NCBI GenBank assembly: GCA_964199315.1
Contig: OZ116705.1
Span: forward strand, 11,470,001 to 11,534,000
Source of the DNA: Orbicella franksi
Lineage: Eukaryota
Direction: 5' to 3'
Length of the DNA: 64,000 nt
How positions within the stretch are numbered: position 1 is the first letter of the stretch; each line of letters opens with the position of its first letter. The notes under the pieces are model-generated. The model was not told where the DNA came from, ran no database searches, and saw only the letters and a list, made by a program, of their open reading frames with translations. This document shows positions 57,332 through 64,000 of this stretch, piece after piece. A program made the position numbers and the translations under genes.

Positions 57332-59469
57332 CTGATTGATTGATTGATTGATTTTGCTTGCTTCTCCACAGTGGTCGAACTCAGCACCAGGCTCGTCACA
57401 GTCAGGAGATCCTACGCAGTCAGCCAGACTTTGAGCGAGTTTCAAGCAAGCGCTTTTCAACTAAAGTCCTTGATGGTAAGTCAAGTTTCAATCTCAACAA
57501 TTGCCGGTTTTCATGTGACATCATCATTTTACAAAGCTAAAAATTACCACTCCTTCAGAAGGTTAAGTTTTATGAGATGTAAGACCCTCTAACAACTTGA
57601 CGTTTTGCACTGTTTACATTGGACAGGGTTCCTCATTTTGTATAGAGCACATTTGAATTTCCAAGTTCATGCATTGCGTGACATTAAAATGGCTGCATGA
57701 GAAGGCTCTCACATAGGTCAAAAGAGTTGTCGTGCAACTTTTTGCTAACTGAACAGTTTTTGCCCTAGAAGAAGTATTAATTTCAATGTGTGGGAGCTCC
57801 AGAGTAATAATTTTTCGTTTCAATAGCAAAACTGAATGACAGATGTTTCTGTCACTTTATGGCCACCGAGGGGCACCAACATGATATCTCCATACAAAGC
57901 TCTATAAATTTGGGTGAAACACTTTTCCAAATAATGCATGAATCCCAGATTCTTGACGTAGTTTATTGAATGGTTAAGATTTTTATTTTTGATGGCCTGA
58001 CAGTGCAGTTTGTTCATCAGCTACATTTTCTTTAAATCTTCTCCTTGAGAAAAATGCAATTTTATGTTTAGTAAAACGTCTCACAGCAGTTTTTTTGTGA
58101 GCCATTGTTATCGTTTGAATCCTTTTCCACAAAACCAAGTCATTTGATTTAAGTGAGTTTTGAGTGAAAGAAGTGATAAATTTGTCGTAATGGTCAACTG
58201 GTTCTTTCATTTGTTTTCAGTACAAACAGGTTTGAGTTTTGCCAAAAGCTTGTAAAGTTGGCAACAGCCGATGTGTGTTCATGTTAATTGCATCTACATT
58301 TGCTGTAGGTAATCGTAGATCAGAAATGATCCAGGAGGTACCCCAGGCAGAAGAAGAAAAGGGAGATGAAGAAAAGAAGGATGATGAAAAGCCTGTTGAG
58401 AAGACAGGTACATGAACTAACATTAAATCACCAGTTTTCTTTCTTTTATGATTTGGTTCCTTGCATTTAGTCGCCTTGGATACCCATTCCTCCTTCCCCT
58501 CCCATATTCTCTTTTTCTCTCCCTTCCCCTCCTTCCCTCCATCCATCCCACACTCCCTTGCTCCCTCCTTTCTTTCCATCCTTTCATCCTTCCCTCCCTG
58601 CCTCCCTTCCTCTCTGTCTACACCATTACCTTCCTGCCTCCCTGCTATCCTCCCTTTCTCCCTGCCTCCCTCCCTACCTCTCTGCCTACCTTTCTTCCTC
58701 CCTCTTTACCCCCTCCCTCCTTCCCTCCCTTCCTCCCTTCCTTCCTCTCTACCACCCTACCTTCCTCCTTCCCCATGTCCCTCCCTCCTTGCCTACCTCA
58801 CTTCTGTCCCTCTTTCCTCTCCTTCCCTTGCTATTTACCTACCCTTATCCCTCCTTTTCTCTCTCTTTCTTCCTTCACTCCCTCGTCTAATTGTTTCCTC
58901 TCTTCCTTTCTGTTAATTCATCTATTCATTTATTTACCCATTTATTATTTACATTGTATTTATCTGTACTAATATTTATTTATTTATCCAGAGGAGCCTG
59001 TTGAAGTACCCATGGCAACAGAGGAGGGGTAAGCCCAGTTCTCAAACTGACTTTAATTATTGAAATAATTCATTAACTTAAAACAAAGAAAATCAACCAT
59101 GAAGGAGGTTTGAATACCCGGTCTTAATTAGCGTAGATTTTGATGATTTACTTCTCCATTTACTCCCTAGTTTTTGTTTTGATTGAGAAGATATATCAAA
59201 CACTTGAGACAGTGTTTCATCAGCTATACAAACACCACGAATTTCATCAAAAATACTACACTGCACTTCGTGTTTTCAATTCTCTTCTCGGTGTTTGGAC
59301 ATCCTGATGAAACACTGTCTCTCATGTTTGATATACTGTATTTAATTTTGCAACAAAGCCATAACTAAAAGGAACTTGGAAAGTGATCACTGCTTACAGG
59401 AGGAATGTTCAAAAGAAGAATGACTTTGTTGTATACTAATAGTAAACATGATTTCTCTTTTTCAGATGA
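45571..59469 (+). CDS. EPB41: Protein 4.1 / coracle-like FERM + FERM-adjacent protein, 16 exons, 393 aa
   Basis: Exons 45571-45642, 46886-46990, 47149-47197, 47649-47721, 48696-48740, 49588-49640, 50116-50195, 51299-51345, 53032-53119, 55388-55476, 56208-56274, 56462-56631, 57372-57475, 58309-58407, 58992-59028, 59466-59469; all GT-AG and phase-compatible, total 1182 nt; motifs KDYFGL, VKFYPP, EDITRY, LYGVDLH, LWKVGVENHSFFR, LGSKFRYSGRTQ. The exact paralog (EPB41 vs EPB41L1-3) is unresolved and the last two exons are less certain. Confidence 0.9.
47753..48027. mobile_element. MITE-like interspersed repeat (intronic)
   Basis: Inverted ends agagtggctttcatttgagtgt / acactcaattgaaaaccgcttta; a related piece lies at ~6667-6850. 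Confidence 0.65.
51376..51593. mobile_element. MITE (second copy at 60183-60357)
   Basis: TIR tgggcagttccagaaaatatcca / tggatattttttggaactacaca. Confidence 0.75.
51709..52161. mobile_element. Tc1/mariner-type MITE
   Basis: TA flanks; CAGTCAAACTT / revcomp CAGTTGAACTT. Confidence 0.7.
52556..52940 (-). mobile_element. tRNA-derived SINE-like repeat
   Basis: Revcomp of 52674-52745 has degenerate A box (ctcagttggtagagc) and B box (ggttcatatcc); internal duplicated segments. Confidence 0.7.
53828..54606. mobile_element. Kolobok-like non-autonomous element
   Basis: TTAA TSD; 16-bp TIR GG(G/A)CCCATTAACCGAT. Confidence 0.85.
54801..55090 (+). mobile_element. tRNA-derived SINE with conserved core (Nin/Deu-like by recollection)
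   Basis: tRNA-like head, ttgtgttcttgggcaagacact, gtataaatgggtactggc, gatggactagcatccc...actttacc 3' end. Confidence 0.7.
57262..57352. repeat. (GATT)n microsatellite
   Basis: Direct reading; ends just before the exon 13 acceptor. Confidence 0.95.
58485..58915. repeat. Polypyrimidine (CCT/CCTT-rich) low-complexity tract
   Basis: ~430 bp of mostly C/T on the + strand, in intron 14. Confidence 0.9.
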
Positions 59470-59728
59470 ATAATCAAAGGAAGAGTAATTTTTGCAAAAG
59501 AATCCCATACTTCGTTGAAATGTTCATTACCAGTTTTTCATGGGAACATATGCAAAATGATGAACTAAGGTGTGATTTCCTTACAGGATTTTGCGTGTCA
59601 AATTTTATCTTCACCTTACTGTATGCCAGAACATATTGATATAACTTTTAAAATGCTTTTACTATGTTGATAGTGTGTTTTTTGTTTGTTTGTTTGTTTT
59701 TCAATATTCCAGCAAGATCTAGGTGTTA

Positions 59729-59904
59729 CAGTTGAACCCCTATTAGCAGCCACCTATTAAACGGCCACCCCTTTTATTAGGCAGTCAGTGATCAGACTCC
59801 CAATGAGGGTTTTTCTATTGTTTTTACCTCTATTGAAGGGCAGCCCCCTTTGAGCAGCCACTATCCATTTCCCTGAGGGTGGCCATTTAATAGGGGTTGA
59901 ACTG
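59729..59904. mobile_element. Tc1/mariner-type MITE
   Basis: TA flanks; 17-bp TIR CAGTT(G/C)AACCCCTATTA. Confidence 0.85.
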
Positions 59905-60182
59905 TATTTTCTTTTTAAAAAGATAAAAATCTAAGCAATAAATATCTTGCTCAATGTTTATTCCATATTTGTGAAACCCTTGACATCCTGATGTCAGCAT
60001 GCAAGTTCTCCTCACTTGTCTCTTCACATTCCTCACAGATTGTTGAGAGAATGTGACAGTTTGTATTATACCCAGACCACAGTTTGTTGTGCAGGGAGCT
60101 TGTATGGTTGTTATTTTCTAAGGCTTAAATAAGAAGGTTCCTCTTTACTAGCTCCCATGATCCACACCTTTGGGGCTCAAAA

Positions 60183-60357
60183 TGTGTAGTTCCAGAAAAT
60201 GTCCCACACTCCCAACCCCCTGGAAATTCAAATTAAGCGTCATACATTTTTTCACATTTTTTGGTCTTGCCGATCCCCCCATCCCCCAGGAAATTCCAAT
60301 CTCTTCTGTGAGAGGGGGGTGGGGGGAGTATATCTGGATATTTTCTGGAACTGCACA
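60183..60357. mobile_element. MITE, same family as 51376-51593, opposite orientation
   Basis: tgtgtagttccagaaaat ... atattttctggaactgcaca. Confidence 0.75.
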
Positions 60358-63199
60358 GTTCAGAGTTATACTTTTATATTCATTGCTTGTTAAAGAGTTA
60401 AGCATTCAACAAACTGAAGATGCTTCAAAATTTCATGAGACCACGACATGCCATTGGTAAAGATAGGATAAAATTTAGAAGTTTTTTACATAGCATTGTT
60501 AGGCTACAGGTTGTCTTTATCACTTGTTGAGGCTTAGATTATTGATAGGAGATCCTCTTGTTGATAGGGTTAGAACATTTTTTGCCATGAATGAAACATC
60601 CAGGTCACTGTGACATAATTCTTCACTTATGCCTGGCAAGTTACATGTTTGTCTCTTGTCAATTTTAATAGATAGGATATCTCCCCACGAATCACCCTTT
60701 TAAGATCAGTTCTCAATTCTCACAGCTCTATTCTTGAGTTTGGCCTGTCGTGTTGGGAGAAATTGGTTGCTGATAGATGCAAGCGATTTGAGGATTAAGG
60801 AAGACATACAAGCAAAAGCTTTGTGGACTTTTTTTGCGAACTGCAAATATATACTATTATATAATATATTTTATTGATTAACCATTAAGGTTATGCTTTG
60901 CTTCTTCCATCGATACTCGATTAGTATACAAGTTTAACTGTCTTGTCTTGTCAGAAGAAATATAAGATAGAGGACAGCTGAAGGGCTTGGCCTTGCTTGC
61001 TATAATGCCATTTTGAGTTCACGAATTTCTTTCCCTTTTTGGGTTAATAATAGCCATTCTTTCAAAGAAGGGTTTGGATCTAAAGAGAAAGAAAGGTTTA
61101 TAGCGCAGGGTAAATAATTTAACTAAAATACAATCTTGTAATCCGTTAAATGAAGCAGATTATTTTTTTTTAATTGAATAAAGGCGCTTCTTGTTAGTTA
61201 CGAATATGCTTACTTGACCTTGTTTTCAACCGCGATTATGACTAGCCTTGCGTGACTCACGTGCCATGAAATTTACCAAAAGTGTCACGCAGTGTGGATC
61301 ACGCAAGCAAGTTGCGGTTCAAGCGGTTGGGTCACGGTATGTAGTCAGTTAATAAGTCATTTCCGAGTTACCTTGTACCCCTCAGACGAGTTCTCGTGCA
61401 AAACCTTTCATATGAAAATGGTTTGAGTCTTCTTTTTGTTATTGCTGTAAGAATGCAATAAGGTTAAAGCTAATTTTGTACAATTGTGTCAAATAAGAAA
61501 CCCATTAAGCTTTTTGAAGAAAGCTAGGCGTATAAAACTTTCTTTTCAACTTTTTCTGTTATTTTAAATTTGTATCTGTCGGGAAACGCCTCAAACAGAT
61601 AGGATCAATTTCACCGACTAAGTGCCGAATCAAACACATGGTCCACAAAGGTTAGATACTACTCGCAGGGACGGAGAGTTTATTGTTTCCACGCATTTTC
61701 GTGTTCGCTCTTCTCCCAAAGGCTATCCAGTAACTTACATTAGGCAATTTCAAACTTACTGCCGATTTATTGTCCGCTTCCAATAGCTTTACGTTATCAT
61801 CCTCTGCCTGCAAAATGTGAAGACTTGTACTTAAACTGGATTAAACCGGTTTAAACTGGGTCCAGATTTGAGTTTCCCTATGGCAGGGTCCGTTTTGTAA
61901 CCCCTGCCTCCTCCCCCGACGAAGGGAGGCCGATTGAGGGGGCGAGGGTAAAATTATACAAGCTATTTTTTATCAGGGGCGTAGCCAGGGGAGGGTTCCG
62001 GAACCCTTCCTTTGGGTGAAGACTTGAACATAAAAAAACTGTTGGGGGCGAGGGTACAATGGCGCGTCTAACGTCCTACTAGGCGAGGCGCACAAGCACT
62101 GATACGGGAAAAAAGTCCAAAGGCTGTGTACACACACTGCTGGGCTCACTGTCTAAACCTCCCAATCGTTCATTCCTGTGATTAACACCTTTTAAGATAC
62201 ATGCTTTTCGAATATTCAATAAAGTTTATAATTTTTTTATAGTATTCGCCGAAGCGTAGCTAGCTTTTGCTAGCCGTAATTGAGAAAGAAATACCCGAGG
62301 CCACCTAAACAAATGTGCTCAACTTGTGTCGAACATGTTGGGTTGTAAGGTAAAAGGACATGAAGTTTTCCTTGCGCTTTTCCCAGTAAGAGCACTAAAA
62401 GCTGTGACAAATGCGCGGCTGTTTGCAATTAAATTCGGGAAACTACCTGAAACTGCCTGGAACGATCGTTTGGCACATTGTGCACATTCATTACGACAGG
62501 CAAATAGAAGTTAGTAAAACAATCGACTTTTTTGCACGAAAGCATTCAAGGCGCCTTTTTTTTGAGGATATATATCTTAGCTGAGTAAATGATAAATCAC
62601 AAGACTTCAGTCTTATCCATTTTTAATTTTGTTAGCGTTTCTTTAGGAAGCGAAATTTGCAATCTCCTCTTGGAAATCCTAGCTACGTTTGAGATAATTG
62701 GAAATTTGTCTTCAAAATCAAGGAAGTGCTATTTCTGAGGACCTAAAATAGTTTTCGGTTGTGGCCCGCAAACAGACAACTTTATGCTTGCAAGGGATCA
62801 TGGGTGATAGGTTTGACCATGACTCCCGTGAAAAAGTCTCCGCTATAGAAACTGATTCTGTGATTATCTTTCTTTTCACGGTTTAAATTTTTGCCGCTTG
62901 AAGAGTCGAGAAACCGTAAAAATTCTGATCCAAACCCTCATTTCCGCGATTATTTTGGTTCCTTGTGAAGAAATTTAATGTATTTAAATGGCGTTTGCGT
63001 CTAAGAGGTTTTAGGTGCCAAGAATATCGGGTGGTAAAGCACTAAGAGTAACGATAGGAACGCAAATAAGCCCTACCATTGTGAGATAAGCATTAAAAGT
63101 TTCCTTAAAGGATGGAGAAGCAGACTCTTACTTTTGTACATGGTCGGAGAGGAGGGGGTGGATAGAATCCTTTCTTTTTTTTTCTTCGTAACGATAAAT

Positions 63200-63450
63200 A
63201 ATGGTAATAGGACTGAGTGGAGTCCAATTCGGTCTGTGATCATACAAGTGATAACAAAATCGGACGACCGCGCAGCGGGAGTCTGATTCGTTTATCACGA
63301 GTATGATTACACACCAAACTGGACGGCACGAAGTCCAGTAACCAATTAATTTTAAAAATTACAATTGCCGAGAAAAGAAGAAAAGCCAAGTTATGAAAGA
63401 ATTAATGGGAAAATTTGCATTAAAAGACTGACAAAGGAGGCGTAAACTAC
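63200..63450. repeat. Interspersed repeat typical of coral genomes
   Basis: ataatggtaataggactgagtggagtccaattcggtctg..., recognised from memory only; no ORF. Confidence 0.45.
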
Positions 63451-63646
63451 AAAAGCTAAAGACTTTACCCAGTTCCCAGCACTTCTTCTTCTAGCATCTT
63501 CTTGCTTCCAGAGTTCCAACTCGCCTTTAAAAGGACAAGTCTTCACACATCAACGGCAACATGGATTGACGAAGATTCTACAATTTGTTATGAATGTGGA
63601 TAAGAAACTCAACCAATCGCTAAAAAATGCGCCAAACAATTGACAC

Positions 63647-63722
63647 CAATCTCGTTCCCAGAGCCCACGTGTCTTATGGTTGGCGCTGACCAAAAGGCAC
63701 GTGGGCTCTGGGAACGAGATTG
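63647..63722. repeat. Hairpin element with perfect 25-bp inverted arms; partial second copy ~63800-63857
   Basis: CAATCTCGTTCCCAGAGCCCACGTG ... CACGTGGGCTCTGGGAACGAGATTG. Confidence 0.9.
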
Positions 63723-64000
63723 CCATGTTTTAAACCAAGGCACGCATGCGCCGTGAAACTGGAACTCCTAAATTCTTGGAGTCTGGAAATTGATTTTTCC
63801 AGAGCTCCGTGTCTTGGCGCTGACCAAAAGGCACATGGGCTCTGAGAACGAGATTGAATTGACACGGATTTTGTTTGCTCACTGTTTTAGCCAGCGAATC
63901 ACGAACCAAGAGAAAAGAAAGACTACATTTTCTTTGGTTTATTTGTTATCCCCTGATGTTTATATTTACAAAGAGAAGAAATAAAAGCTCACGTGGGAAT

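Noticed and set aside
58448-58972. Pro/Ser/Leu-rich ORFs
   Set aside because: Artefacts of the C/T low-complexity tract within an intron.
63470-63581. - strand exon-like segment with in-frame TGA in a Cys-rich context (CCR*C), possible selenoprotein
   Set aside because: No recognised selenoprotein family, no SECIS identified, and other frames are equally plausible.

Overview
This is AT-rich, intron-rich animal DNA. The interspersed repeats and gene content suggest an anthozoan, probably a stony coral (inference, not verified). From left to right: (1) the 3' end of a + strand gene with four near-identical 114-bp calcium-binding EGF exons, a fifth cbEGF exon and a terminal uromodulin/GP2-type D8C exon (317-3992); (2) a rearranged Penelope-like retroelement carrying a hammerhead-ribozyme-like motif (~8.8-10.2 kb); (3) a - strand tandem array of seven intronless paralogs, A-G (10.5-43.1 kb), of a protein family I do not recognise; (4) a 16-exon protein 4.1 (FERM-FA) gene on the + strand (45571-59469, 393 aa); (5) many MITEs, SINEs and DNA-transposon relics, plus a 135-N gap. 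The paralog architecture is an N-terminal RHIM-like motif (QIG..N), a beta-rich middle domain with basic NLS-like patches, TPR-like helices and, except in copy A, an acidic SSGxxS-DW tail. The copies show RHIM gain (C), RHIM core loss plus a MITE insertion (D) and RHIM deletion with pseudogenisation (G). Three copies have a perfect GGGGATTCCCC kappaB site upstream. This array is the best candidate for an undescribed system, possibly an NF-kB-regulated amyloid-signalling innate immune gene family. All calls were made by reading the sequence; no database searches were run.
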